A stretch of 64,000 nt of DNA from Erysipelotrichaceae bacterium (GCA_012837435.1 DURD01000011.1:4024-68023); one strand, 5' to 3'; positions 1 through 9,511 are shown, counted from the stretch's first letter. Made by a program: numbers and translations. Notes: a model not told the origin generated them from the letters alone.

Positions 1-71
1 TCCATGGGTTCCATTTGTTTTAGTCCACCGAAACGCGAACCCATCCCGGCAGCAAGAATTACTAATTGCAT
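1..71 (-). CDS. 5' end (about 23 codons) of a sugar-phosphate nucleotidyltransferase-like gene that runs off the window
   Basis: Reverse-strand ATG at 69-71 preceded by GAAAGGA. Translates MQLVILAAGMGSRFGGLKQMEPM, the glycine-rich N-terminal signature of NTP-transferase fold enzymes. Absent from the ORF track because it is truncated. Confidence 0.55.
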   Translation of the reverse strand, partial: MQLVILAAGMGSRFGGLKQMEPM

Positions 72-83
72 AGCGTTGTCCTT

Positions 84-1028
84 TCAATTAAAAAATAAAG
101 CGGCGGCGCCAATTTTACCCGAATCATAGCCAAGTTCAGCAGGCACTACTTTTACTTCAGGCGTGCGCTTATATCCATAATTATAATCTTTGAGATACTT
201 ATTTAGTCGGTCGAATAAAAAGTCTCCTGCATTCGCAATGCCGCCAGACAAAACAATGATATTGGGTCTAAAAATATTACAAAAATTCAAAAGGCCTTCG
301 CCTAAATATTTAATATAGTTATCGATAACTTCTAGAGCAACTGGGTCGTTGTTTTTAGCGGCCTCAAAAGGAACCGAACCATCAACCAAATTAATTTTAG
401 GAGCAATTTTCCACATCAATGAATTTTTATTTGCTCGCATCGCTTTTTTGGTTTCCCTAATCAAAGCTGTCGCAGAAGAATAAGCTTCTAGACATCCTCT
501 TCTTCCACAAGAGCATGGTTCTCCGTCTACGACAATTACGGTGTGTCCGAGTTCTCCGCCTTTAGCTTCGTTACCTTCAAATACTTTCCCATCTAAAATA
601 ATTCCACCACCAACACCCGTTCCTAGAGTAAGCATAATAACTGTTTGATAATGCTTGCCCGCACCATACTTGGCTTCTCCTAAAGCAGCGGCATTAGCGT
701 CATTAATTAATTTAATAGGGTAGGTTAATGTTTCGTGCATGATATCGGCGACACGTACATTTTCCCATTTCAAATTGTTAGCGTAATTAACGATACCTAA
801 ATCGGTATCTAGCGAGCCTGGGCTTCCAATTCCAATGCCCACAATTTTGTCTTTTAAATTATGTTTATCAATATATTTTTTAACGACATCCGCTAGTTTG
901 CGAATAGAGTTTTCTCCCGATTCTCCTTTGACAAAAGGCATGGAAAAAACCTCATAGACACTTCCATTAGAATCAACAGCAGCGCCTTTGATTGACGTTC
1001 CTCCGATATCAATGCCGATTGCAATCAT
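84..1028 (-). CDS. glcK: ROK-family glucokinase
   Basis: 314 aa. N-terminal sugar-kinase motif IGIDIGGTSIK and ROK zinc motif CSCGRRGCLEAY. Confidence 0.9.
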   Translation of the reverse strand: MIAIGIDIGGTSIKGAAVDSNGSVYEVFSMPFVKGESGENSIRKLADVVKKYIDKHNLKDKIVGIGIGSPGSLDTDLGIVNYANNLKWENVRVADIMHETLTYPIKLINDANAAALGEAKYGAGKHYQTVIMLTLGTGVGGGIILDGKVFEGNEAKGGELGHTVIVVDGEPCSCGRRGCLEAYSSATALIRETKKAMRANKNSLMWKIAPKINLVDGSVPFEAAKNNDPVALEVIDNYIKYLGEGLLNFCNIFRPNIIVLSGGIANAGDFLFDRLNKYLKDYNYGYKRTPEVKVVPAELGYDSGKIGAAALFFN

Positions 1029-1048
1029 AAATCATTAATCTCCTTTCG

Positions 1049-1297
1049 TTAAAAATCATTTCCGGGATAAAAAACAAAATTATTATCAGTATCGATATAT
1101 CCGACTTCTATGTCTCTAACAATGATATATCCATCTTCGTCCACGTAACCGACCTCTATATTATCACGCGAAATAACACCTTCTGGTGTGATATCTGCAA
1201 ATTTCTTGCGATTGATAAAAATGCCTTCTCGGTCTATGTATCCAACCATTTGTTTTCCCACAAAAACATTTTTACCAAAACATTCGACTATTTGCAT
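1049..1297 (-). CDS. Small hypothetical protein with an internal short repeat
   Basis: 82 aa from the ATG at 1297 (the track start at 1306 is TTG). Three copies of a VGY(I/V)D-x-(D/E/N)-(G/N)-x-(I/V) motif, two of them preceded by IE. Starts 5 nt after the glmU-like stop. No family recognised. Confidence 0.5.
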   Translation of the reverse strand: MQIVECFGKNVFVGKQMVGYIDREGIFINRKKFADITPEGVISRDNIEVGYVDEDGYIIVRDIEVGYIDTDNNFVFYPGNDF

Positions 1298-1302
1298 AAT
1301 TA

Positions 1303-2316
1303 TCAACCATTTTTTTCAACAAATGGTCCAATTTTTTCTGCTGGACCAACTTTAACATTTTCTAATTTTGAAAAACAGACTTCCGCTTCATTGCCAATCT
1401 CCACATTGTTCATGACGACGTTAGGTCCAATAGCACATGCTTCGCCAATTTTTGATTTGCCTAAAATAATCGTATTCGGACGAATGATTGTGTCTTGTCC
1501 AATTTCCACATCTGGGGAAATATTGGTGGAATCGACGTCGTCAATCGATACGCCAGATAGCATTAATCTGTGATTAATTCTTCTACGCATGATTTTTGTC
1601 GCATCCGCTAATTGGATACGGTTGTTTATACTATAAACTTCTTTCATTTCTTCAGCGACAAAAACACCGACATGATAATTGTCCCCAATCAGAATTTGCA
1701 CTAGTTCAGATAAATAAAATAAATGACGACTGTTATCCACTGATAACCTTTCAATATATTTAAACAACAACTCATTATCGACAATGCAAATGCCTGTGTT
1801 TACTTCATTAATCTCATATTCGCTAAAAGTGCAATCACTTTCTTCTCTAATTGACAAGATGCGGTTGCTCTTGTCTTCACGAATAATGCGGCCGTATCCT
1901 TTTGTGTTTTCTAAAACAGCCGAAACCACCGTCATGTCATATCTATTTTTTTGATGGATATGGAAAATAGAACGGAGTGTTTCAGTTTCCACTAACGGAG
2001 TATCACCGTAAATAATTAATGTTTGTCCGGGCTTGCCTTCTAGAAGAGGTTTGGCTTGCAAAACCGCATGCCCTGTTCCTAACAATCTTTTTTGCCAGAC
2101 GACATCAGAATCCTTTTCGACAAGGCTTTTTGTTAATTCACCACCAAATCCTACGACAGTGACAATTTGCTTTGGGTCGAGTAATTTGACAGCGTCAATC
2201 ACATAATTAATGATTGGTTTTCCTAAGATAGGATATGAAACTTTAGAATGTTCTGGATCGCGAGAATTCATTCCTGCGCCCTTACCGGCCGCTAAAATAA
2301 CTACATATTTGTCCAT
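1303..2316 (-). CDS. GlmU-like sugar-1-phosphate uridylyltransferase with a shortened hexapeptide-repeat C-terminus
   Basis: 337 aa. LAAGKGAGM, LLGTGHAV and YGDTPL motifs of the GlmU N-terminal domain, followed by only about 85 aa of left-handed beta-helix repeats. Confidence 0.75.
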   Translation of the reverse strand: MDKYVVILAAGKGAGMNSRDPEHSKVSYPILGKPIINYVIDAVKLLDPKQIVTVVGFGGELTKSLVEKDSDVVWQKRLLGTGHAVLQAKPLLEGKPGQTLIIYGDTPLVETETLRSIFHIHQKNRYDMTVVSAVLENTKGYGRIIREDKSNRILSIREESDCTFSEYEINEVNTGICIVDNELLFKYIERLSVDNSRHLFYLSELVQILIGDNYHVGVFVAEEMKEVYSINNRIQLADATKIMRRRINHRLMLSGVSIDDVDSTNISPDVEIGQDTIIRPNTIILGKSKIGEACAIGPNVVMNNVEIGNEAEVCFSKLENVKVGPAEKIGPFVEKNG

Positions 2317-2329
2317 AAAATCTCCTCCT

Positions 2330-3184
2330 TTATTTTAAAACTCTAGCTAGTTCGACTTGATATTTATCTTCTAACCCTTTAAAGGCTTTTTTCAAAAGTT
2401 TTTTGTCCGTGCTCATGGCAAAAACCGCTGAGCCTGAACCAGTTAGTTGCACTATTTTTAAACCATAACTATGCAAGGTATCAATGATATCTTGAATTTC
2501 AGGAACGACAGAAATAGCGGCGCTTTGGAAGGCGTTAGATATGTTTTCCGCAATCGCATCATCGTCACCATCGGCTAAGGCTTCTACTACTTTGTCGACA
2601 TTGCAAATTGGTAGATTCATCGTATCGATGTATTGGTACATGTCTTTAGTAGCGCATCCTGCCTCTGGTTTAACAATAAGCACGAAATAATTATTCTTGA
2701 CAGTGATTGGAGTAATTATTTCTCCGATTCCCTGACAGCGAGCGGGCACGTTCTTTACGAAGAAAGGAACATCGCTACCGAGTGTTTTGCCAATTTCCAT
2801 CAACTTCTCTTCGTCAGCTCCTAATTTCAAAATTGAATTTATCGCTTTCAAAGTAGTGGCGGCATTAGAAGAACCCCCTCCTAATCCTCCCCGAACAGGA
2901 ATTACCTTGTGAATAAAAATTCCAAATTTTTCTTTAAATCCATAGATTTTTTGCATTTTTTCAATGGCGAGTTTTGCTAAATTGTATTCATAAGAAAGAT
3001 TTGAATAATCATCGACAGTAACCAGATTATCGCGGGCGGTTCGAAGTTTTGAAACGATAAGCGAATCATGAAGAGAGATAGGTAACACAATCATATCTAG
3101 AACATGATACCCGTCTTTGCGCTTTCCAATGATGTTCAAACAGAGATTGATTTTAGCGTAACTACGCAGATGCAACTTCCTCAT
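2330..3184 (-). CDS. ispE: 4-diphosphocytidyl-2-C-methyl-D-erythritol kinase
   Basis: 284 aa. N-terminal AKINLCLNI and GHMP-kinase motif PVRGGLGGGSSNAA. Position downstream of rsmA matches Bacillus. Confidence 0.9.
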   Translation of the reverse strand: MRKLHLRSYAKINLCLNIIGKRKDGYHVLDMIVLPISLHDSLIVSKLRTARDNLVTVDDYSNLSYEYNLAKLAIEKMQKIYGFKEKFGIFIHKVIPVRGGLGGGSSNAATTLKAINSILKLGADEEKLMEIGKTLGSDVPFFVKNVPARCQGIGEIITPITVKNNYFVLIVKPEAGCATKDMYQYIDTMNLPICNVDKVVEALADGDDDAIAENISNAFQSAAISVVPEIQDIIDTLHSYGLKIVQLTGSGSAVFAMSTDKKLLKKAFKGLEDKYQVELARVLK

Positions 3185-3231
3185 ACTATAATAATCTTAC
3201 AACTTTAAAATATATTTTAATAGAATATCTG

Positions 3232-4041
3232 TCACCTATTAAGATAATTATAAATCAAAAGATAAGTGTTTGGCGACAAATCTTCTGGCCGAGATAACGG
3301 ATTGATATTGAATTCATGACACAACATCTCTGCTGTTTCCTTATTTTTAACAATTGACGTTAAATTGTTTTGAATAGTCTTGCGGCGACTGACAAAAATC
3401 TTTTTGCACATTTTATAAATTTCAATCGCCTTTTTTCTATCAACGTCCTCGTTAATTTTAATTCTAAAAACAATGGAATTACATTTTGGCAAGGGGTAGA
3501 AAGAGCCTGGCTTAACTGTCGATATTTTTTCAATATTTCCTAACAAATGAATGAGAATAGATATCGGTCCATATTCCTTTCCTTTAATATCACTAAAACG
3601 ATTAAATGCTTCCGCTTGTACCATAAAAACCATTGTTTGTGCTCGCTCAGCATTTAACAAGATATACTGAATGATTTCGGTAGTGATGTTATAAGGAATA
3701 TTGCCGATTATTTTATCATAAAAAGAAACGTCTTCTCTTCTAATGTCGTTTTCTACAATAGTTAAATTTTCACAGCCTTGATAAACGTTTCTTAAAAAGT
3801 TAGTCATCTTGTTATCGACATCAACAGCATTAATTTTCGCTTTAGTCAAACTTAAAAAATGCGTCAAAGAGCCGAGCCCTGGTCCAATTTCTAGTACCCG
3901 GTCTCCTTCTTTTACTTCTAAAGCTTCTACTATTTTAAAACTGACATTTGAGTCAATCAAAAAGTTTTGCCCGTAATCTTTGCTGGGTTTTATGGAGCAT
4001 CTGCTTATGATGTCTTTGATGTTAGAGCGATTAATTTCCAT
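3232..4041 (-). CDS. rsmA: 16S rRNA (adenine1518/1519-N6)-dimethyltransferase
   Basis: YGQNFL, SAM motif LEIGPGLGSLT, and GNIPYNITT. ATG at 4041 preferred over the TTG at 4056. Confidence 0.92.
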   Translation of the reverse strand: MEINRSNIKDIISRCSIKPSKDYGQNFLIDSNVSFKIVEALEVKEGDRVLEIGPGLGSLTHFLSLTKAKINAVDVDNKMTNFLRNVYQGCENLTIVENDIRREDVSFYDKIIGNIPYNITTEIIQYILLNAERAQTMVFMVQAEAFNRFSDIKGKEYGPISILIHLLGNIEKISTVKPGSFYPLPKCNSIVFRIKINEDVDRKKAIEIYKMCKKIFVSRRKTIQNNLTSIVKNKETAEMLCHEFNINPLSRPEDLSPNTYLLIYNYLNR

Positions 4042-4558
4042 AATATTTTTTAACAATTCTTTCCATCTGTTGTATTTCTATTTTATGATTATTTACTCTT
4101 TTAATTAACTGTTTGTTATTGCATTTTCCTAAATTCAATTGCTCGCAAACATAACTTCTTAATTTTGCATTATTTATCAAGCCTATTTTTTGTAAATCTG
4201 GTAAACCAATATGGGGCGATTTATTAATTTTATCGAGGGCGTATGGCCGTAGTTTGCTTAAAACTTCACCAATTTCGCATTCCGCGATACCCTTTTTCTT
4301 ATCGCGAGAGCATTTAGATATATCAATTTCTACATTAGAAGCGTTCGTTATTATTTTGTTAATATTTTGACGAATTTGCTTACCCGCCTCGTCTGGATCG
4401 GTCATAATAATGACTTTTTTATCTTTTAAATACTCCATTGTTTTCGGACATAACTCAAATCCATTAACTGGAATAATTTCTGATGATATATAATTGGAAA
4501 GATACGCTACATCTTCTTTACCTTCCACCACCAAAATGCCATCTAAAAATAATTTCAT
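4031..4558 (-). CDS. rnmV: Ribonuclease M5 (Toprim domain)
   Basis: 175 aa. Toprim motifs VVEGKEDV and IMTDPDEAG. Lies immediately upstream of rsmA. Confidence 0.88.
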   Translation of the reverse strand: MKLFLDGILVVEGKEDVAYLSNYISSEIIPVNGFELCPKTMEYLKDKKVIIMTDPDEAGKQIRQNINKIITNASNVEIDISKCSRDKKKGIAECEIGEVLSKLRPYALDKINKSPHIGLPDLQKIGLINNAKLRSYVCEQLNLGKCNNKQLIKRVNNHKIEIQQMERIVKKYYGN

Positions 4559-5328
4559 AATTTAAATAAACGACAAGAATTTTTATAAATAATTTCTGCG
4601 AGATGTTTTTTGGACATGCTTCTTAAAACAGCAATTTCGTCAAGTATATAAACGAGATTAGAAGGCTCGTTAATCGTTCCCCGTACTTGCTGGGGCGATA
4701 AATAAGGGGCGTCCGTTTCTATAATCAATTTTTCTAGAGGAACTTCAACCGCGACTTGTTTAGGAGTTTTAGCGTTTTTAAAAGTTACCGGTCCGTCTAA
4801 ACCAATGTATAGTCCTAAATCTATTATTTCTGAAAGCGATTCAACGCTCCCCGAATAGCAATGCATAACGCCTCCGTGCAACGGTTTGTGTTTTTTTAAT
4901 ATTTCCAGAGTGTCAAAAAAGGCACTGCGACTATGGATAGATATCGGAAGTCCTACAAGATTAGCGAATTCAATTTGTTTGATGAAAATTTGTTTTTGCT
5001 TCTCATGGATTGTTTCATCTTTAACATAATGATAGTCTAACCCAATTTCTCCGATGGCCACCACTTTGTCATTTTGATAAAGATTTAAAACATCATCCAG
5101 CGTCTTTTCATCCACGCCCTCGATATTATTGGGATGAACGCCGACAGCGGCATAAATAAAAGGAAAGCGATTTGCGATTTTAATGGCTCTTTCTGAACTC
5201 TTTTTATCCCAACCAACCACAATCATTTTTTCGACGCCCGTTTTCTTGGCGCGATCAACAACTTCTTCCAATTTTTTATATAAAATATCGTCATTCAAAT
5301 GACAATGTGTATCGATTAGTTTCATCAT
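4555..5328 (-). CDS. tatD: TatD/YabD-family metal-dependent DNase/hydrolase
   Basis: 257 aa. DTHCHL N-terminal metal motif and GEIGLDYH. 4-nt overlaps with both neighbours. Confidence 0.9.
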   Translation of the reverse strand: MMKLIDTHCHLNDDILYKKLEEVVDRAKKTGVEKMIVVGWDKKSSERAIKIANRFPFIYAAVGVHPNNIEGVDEKTLDDVLNLYQNDKVVAIGEIGLDYHYVKDETIHEKQKQIFIKQIEFANLVGLPISIHSRSAFFDTLEILKKHKPLHGGVMHCYSGSVESLSEIIDLGLYIGLDGPVTFKNAKTPKQVAVEVPLEKLIIETDAPYLSPQQVRGTINEPSNLVYILDEIAVLRSMSKKHLAEIIYKNSCRLFKL

Positions 5329-6647
5329 TTACCTACACAAAAACGAGAAAATATTTCTTTTGCTAAATCGATTTGATTGGCTTCTCCCAGTATTTCTAAT
5401 ACCGAGGTGTAAGCATCAAATAAAGACGTAGAAATTAAATCAATCGTTAGGTCTTCTTCTGCATCCTGATAAGCTTTAATTAAAGATTCTCTGGCTTTCT
5501 TTAGTAAGCCGATTTGTCTTGTATTATTTAAAGCGGGCGTGGAAAACACTTTCTCATCAATTCCAATTCTTTTTTTAATTTCATCTATCAACGGTTCGAT
5601 GTCGTTATTTAAAGCGGAAATGCACAATTTACCCTTTTTCTTAGCGATATCTGCTTTGTTGTATACGATAATTGGCTGATATTCTTTAACGTAATCCAGT
5701 ATTTTTTGATCCTCGTCACTAATATCTGCACTGCCATCTAAAACCACCACCACGACATCAGCGTCTCTAATAGTTTTTTTGGTTTTTTCAATACCGATTG
5801 TTTCAATTAAATTGTTCGAATCATGGATACCCGCGGTATCAAACAAATGCAAAACTACCCCTCCGATATTAGCCTCTCCCCTAACGACATCGCGAGTTGT
5901 TCCTGCAATATCAGTGACGATAGCTCTATCTTCTCCAAGCAGAGCGTTGAGCAAAGAAGATTTACCGACATTGGGTTTCCCTACGATGGCAACTTTAATA
6001 CCTTCGTTAATTATTTGGGCTTTTTCTCCGTCGTCAATAAGTTCATCAATTCTTTTTATCAACGACTCACAAACTGTCATTACTTTGTTTTTGTTAGCCA
6101 CTTCAATATCTTCATATTCTGGATAATCGATATTAACTTCTATTAAGGAAATGATGTCCGCTAATTGGGTTTTAATGGGTTTTAATAACTCGCTAGTTTT
6201 TCCATCTAGGGACAAAAGGTTTAATCTACTGGCTTCTCTGGTCGTAGAATTTATTACATCGTTAATGGCCTCTGCTTGGACTAAATCTATTTTATTATGC
6301 ATGAACGCACGAGAAGAAAATTCGCCATTTGTAGCCATTCTTGCACCATTTTTTAAACACACCTCAATTATCTGTTTGCAAATTAAAGGCGAACCATGAC
6401 AAATTATTTCAATAGAATCTTCTCCTGTGAACGACTTGGGAGCGCGATACAGCAATAATATAACGTCGTCGATTTTTTCCTCTTCATCAACAATGGATGT
6501 ATAGACAATTGTTCTTTCTTTAATTTCCAAAATGTCTTTTTTACAACATTTATTAACCACTTCAAAAACATCGTCACCAGACAATCTAATGACGGCTAGT
6601 GCTGATTTAATCGGGGCTGTAGCTAAAGCAACAATGGTTTCGAACAT
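5325..6647 (-). CDS. mnmE: tRNA uridine-5-carboxymethylaminomethyl modification GTPase
   Basis: N-terminus MFETIVALATAP, G1 GKPNVGKSSLLNAL, DTAG, NKAD, C-terminal CVGK. The track ORF is extended by 28 codons into jag, so I used the internal ATG at 6647. Confidence 0.93.
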   Translation of the reverse strand: MFETIVALATAPIKSALAVIRLSGDDVFEVVNKCCKKDILEIKERTIVYTSIVDEEEKIDDVILLLYRAPKSFTGEDSIEIICHGSPLICKQIIEVCLKNGARMATNGEFSSRAFMHNKIDLVQAEAINDVINSTTREASRLNLLSLDGKTSELLKPIKTQLADIISLIEVNIDYPEYEDIEVANKNKVMTVCESLIKRIDELIDDGEKAQIINEGIKVAIVGKPNVGKSSLLNALLGEDRAIVTDIAGTTRDVVRGEANIGGVVLHLFDTAGIHDSNNLIETIGIEKTKKTIRDADVVVVVLDGSADISDEDQKILDYVKEYQPIIVYNKADIAKKKGKLCISALNNDIEPLIDEIKKRIGIDEKVFSTPALNNTRQIGLLKKARESLIKAYQDAEEDLTIDLISTSLFDAYTSVLEILGEANQIDLAKEIFSRFCVGK

Positions 6648-6684
6648 ACCTATATTATATAAAAAAACACCTAGAAGGTGCTTT

Positions 6685-7284
6685 CTATTCAACGTAAATG
6701 ATTTGTACTTGTCTTTGTGCGCCTTCACCAATGGATTCGGTGCGAATGTTTGACATGGTGTTTAAAGCGTTGTGAATCGCCCTTCTCTCATCCGCGGGCA
6801 TCGGATCGAAAGTATAAGTTGTTTTGGTTTTTTGAACTTCGCGACCGTATCTTCTCGCCATGCGAATTAAGCGCGTATATTTGTTGTCTTTATAACCGTT
6901 GATATCTAACAATATTCTAAATCTTTTATGGAAACGGTTGCTAACCGCTAATTTAACCAGTTCGTTAAAAGCTTGTAAAGTTTTTCCGTTTCTCCCAATC
7001 AAAATTGGATTGTGTGTCGAATCAATAGTCATTCTCATTACTTGGTCATCCAACCTAGTTCTAACTGTACTTTCGATTTTTAAAGAATCAATAACGCCTA
7101 ATAAATAGTCTTCAGCGAATTTAATCACATCTGGTAAATCATAAACTTCTACAACGATTTTTTTTGTAAAAAGTCCTACTTTTTTATCAGTGATGATATA
7201 AATTAGATCATCGATCGATACTCCTGTTTCGCTCGAAGCCGTTTGAAGAGCTTCTTCGACAGTTTTGCCAGTATAAGTTTTCAT
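6685..7284 (-). CDS. jag: Jag/KhpB RNA-binding protein (Jag_N, KH and R3H domains)
   Basis: 199 aa. KH-like IGRNGKTLQA and R3H-like ADERRAIHNAL. Conserved position downstream of yidC. Confidence 0.88.
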   Translation of the reverse strand: MKTYTGKTVEEALQTASSETGVSIDDLIYIITDKKVGLFTKKIVVEVYDLPDVIKFAEDYLLGVIDSLKIESTVRTRLDDQVMRMTIDSTHNPILIGRNGKTLQAFNELVKLAVSNRFHKRFRILLDINGYKDNKYTRLIRMARRYGREVQKTKTTYTFDPMPADERRAIHNALNTMSNIRTESIGEGAQRQVQIIYVE

Positions 7285-7289
7285 AATAT

Positions 7290-8786
7290 TTAATTGCCTT
7301 TCTTTTTAGATTTGTTTTTGTTTATTTTTTCAACAATCAAAGTTTGCGCTAATGAGAACAAAGCACTAACAAACCAGTAAACACCCATAGCGCTTGGTAA
7401 TGTGAAGCCCATGAAAATAATCATGGCCATCATGACGTAAGTAACCATTTTCATGCTGCTTTGTTGTTGAGTTTGTGCTGGGTTTTTGCCCATTGAAGGA
7501 ATGTTTTTAGCTTTCCTTTTTTGTAACCATTGTGGAAGTAACATAGAAACAACTTGAACGCCTGCCATCATAATAAATAAAATTAACGCCGCAACCGCAC
7601 TACCATTGCTCCAGTTGGATGCTTCGAATAAAACCACGTTGATAGGATCGCTCAAATGTAAGTTAAAAAGTGCGTCGGATGCCAAACTGGCCGAACCTTG
7701 CAAAGCTCCCCATACACTAATAAAAACTGGGAACTGAATAATCATCACGAGTAAAGTGGATAAAGGATTAATTTTGTTCTTTTTGTATAGCCTACTCATT
7801 TCCGCCGCCATTTGTTGTTTTTCATAATTATTGGTGTTGGCATTCGGATATTTATTTTGAATTTTAGCAATTTCTGGCTGTAAGGCTTGCATTTTCGCGT
7901 TGCTCGCGGTTTGTTTCAAAGTCACAATGAGCATCAACGATCTCACAATAAAAGTGATTAACAAAATTGCTAAAAGTTGAGCGACTCCGCCCATAACTCC
8001 AATATCCTTAAATCCTCTGACAAATGTTTCGGTGAGCCATCCAATAGGAAAAACTAATAGTCCTTCGAAAAAGCCTTTTTTCCATGCGTATCCCCAGGTT
8101 TTAGCTTCAATCTCTACTGGAATTTTATCCCCGTCGCGATATTGCGCCCCATTAGCATAACCGTAATACCCGTAATCGTCTGTAGAAATAGCAATACAAG
8201 AACGATAAGAGCCGATTAAAGAATTCATGTTTTTTTGATAGATCTTTATGTAGTCATAAGTGGGCAAATCATCAATAGAAATGTCGTGCGTGGGGTCGGT
8301 AGTCATGGCTTTAATTTTTTGATTTAAGTCATTCCAGTTATCCCATAATTTTTCACCAGAAAATTTTAAATAGCCATAGGTGTCCAGAGCTTCTATAGCA
8401 TCTGCAAAATTAACAGTTGCAAAATCAACATCATCCCCTTTGGCTTTCTTTAGCGCCGTTTCCAAAACGAGTTGATCTATTTTTACATAATATTTGTGGG
8501 AGGGTGTTTTTAAATTAGCGCTGAGAGCTGCGTCATTAGTTTTTCCGAGACCACTAGCGGTAGAAGTAGGAACGTTGACAAGATAATAAATTTTATCATT
8601 GCCAGGGAAAACTTGTTGAGCACCCTCTATTTGGTGGTCGTAATAATCGCTGACGCCATAATCAAAAGCATATAAAAAATGCGCTTTATCTAGTTCCGAA
8701 CAAAAAGATGCCGTACAACTAGGCAAAAGGAGTGCGCCTGCAAGAATTATTAATCCTCCGACAGTTAATTTTATCTTTTTTCTCAT
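7290..8786 (-). CDS. yidC: YidC/Oxa1 membrane insertase, lipoprotein form with a large extracytoplasmic domain
   Basis: 498 aa. Lipobox LLPSC near residue 23. C-terminal insertase core (INPLSTLLVMIIQFPVFI, GVYWFVSALFSLAQ) and a basic tail. Confidence 0.9.
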   Translation of the reverse strand: MRKKIKLTVGGLIILAGALLLPSCTASFCSELDKAHFLYAFDYGVSDYYDHQIEGAQQVFPGNDKIYYLVNVPTSTASGLGKTNDAALSANLKTPSHKYYVKIDQLVLETALKKAKGDDVDFATVNFADAIEALDTYGYLKFSGEKLWDNWNDLNQKIKAMTTDPTHDISIDDLPTYDYIKIYQKNMNSLIGSYRSCIAISTDDYGYYGYANGAQYRDGDKIPVEIEAKTWGYAWKKGFFEGLLVFPIGWLTETFVRGFKDIGVMGGVAQLLAILLITFIVRSLMLIVTLKQTASNAKMQALQPEIAKIQNKYPNANTNNYEKQQMAAEMSRLYKKNKINPLSTLLVMIIQFPVFISVWGALQGSASLASDALFNLHLSDPINVVLFEASNWSNGSAVAALILFIMMAGVQVVSMLLPQWLQKRKAKNIPSMGKNPAQTQQQSSMKMVTYVMMAMIIFMGFTLPSAMGVYWFVSALFSLAQTLIVEKINKNKSKKKGN

Positions 8787-8800
8787 TAAATAAATCCTAA

Positions 8801-9121
8801 CTATAATTTCAATAATTGTGCGAGTGCTTGTTTGTTATCATCGAACGAATAATTTATGAAGCTTGGTTTGGCGATGATAACGATATCAAGCGATTGAGCA
8901 TTGTAATCAATTAACTGATCACAAATGTTTCTAATTTGTCTTTTGATGCGATTGCGAGTCACAGCGTTACCTAGTTTAACTGATACTGAAATACCGACTC
9001 TGGTATATGGCATATCGTTCTCACGACAATGAATGACATACGATTGGTTGCGCTGCGCTTTGCCTTTTTTAATCGTCAAAGCAAAGTCATCAGTTGCTTT
9101 AATACGATTAATTGCCTTCAT
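8801..9121 (-). CDS. rnpA: Ribonuclease P protein component
   Basis: 106-aa basic protein with the RNRIKRQIR (RNR) motif, directly downstream of rpmH. Confidence 0.92.
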   Translation of the reverse strand: MKAINRIKATDDFALTIKKGKAQRNQSYVIHCRENDMPYTRVGISVSVKLGNAVTRNRIKRQIRNICDQLIDYNAQSLDIVIIAKPSFINYSFDDNKQALAQLLKL

Positions 9122-9137
9122 AAACTTTCACAATAAA

Positions 9138-9275
9138 TTAATCCGCGGCTAATCTTGTACGACCTCTAGCGCGGCGGCGAGAAATAATTTTACGACCGCT
9201 TGCACTTTTCATACGAGCGCGGAATCCGGCTTTCCTTTGGTGTCTAATTTTACTTGGTTGATATGTTCTTTTCAT
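9138..9275 (-). CDS. rpmH: 50S ribosomal protein L34
   Basis: Not in the ORF track (45 codons). Reverse translation gives [51 protein letters not shown] lies 7 nt upstream of the ATG. Confidence 0.95.
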   Translation of the reverse strand: MKRTYQPSKIRHQRKAGFRARMKSASGRKIISRRRARGRTRLAAD

Positions 9276-9388
9276 AGAAGAACCTCCTAATACATAGCGA
9301 GATAAGTTTAACGGCATTTATTTATAAATGTCAATAAAATGTCAATAAAATGCATGTTTTTATTGTTTGTTTTGAGGTTTTATTTTAA

Positions 9389-9511
9389 AAATCCACAAAT
9401 CCACTTTTCCACATCTGGTATAAAAGCAAACAATTTTATCCACAAAAATAAATATGTGGAAAAGTGGAAAACTCCCTATACTTACAAAACCGCGTTTTTT
9501 GTTGTGGAAAA
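9389..9511. promoter_or_regulatory. oriC part 1: DnaA-box cluster between rpmH and dnaA
   Basis: Perfect TTATCCACA at 9436-9444. One-mismatch boxes TTTTCCACA at 9405-9413 and, inverted, at 9455-9463 and 9503-9511. Weaker boxes at 9389-9397 and 9463-9471. Confidence 0.85.

Noticed and set aside
5779-6399. Plus-strand ORFs (115, 107 and 82 aa) inside mnmE
   Set aside because: They are antisense to a strongly conserved GTPase gene. Their Ser/Ile/Phe-rich composition is typical of shadow frames.
6648-6731. 28-codon 5' extension of mnmE overlapping the end of jag
   Set aside because: MnmE proteins begin at the conserved MFETIVALATAP. The extension crosses a hairpin, a T-run and a TATAAT.
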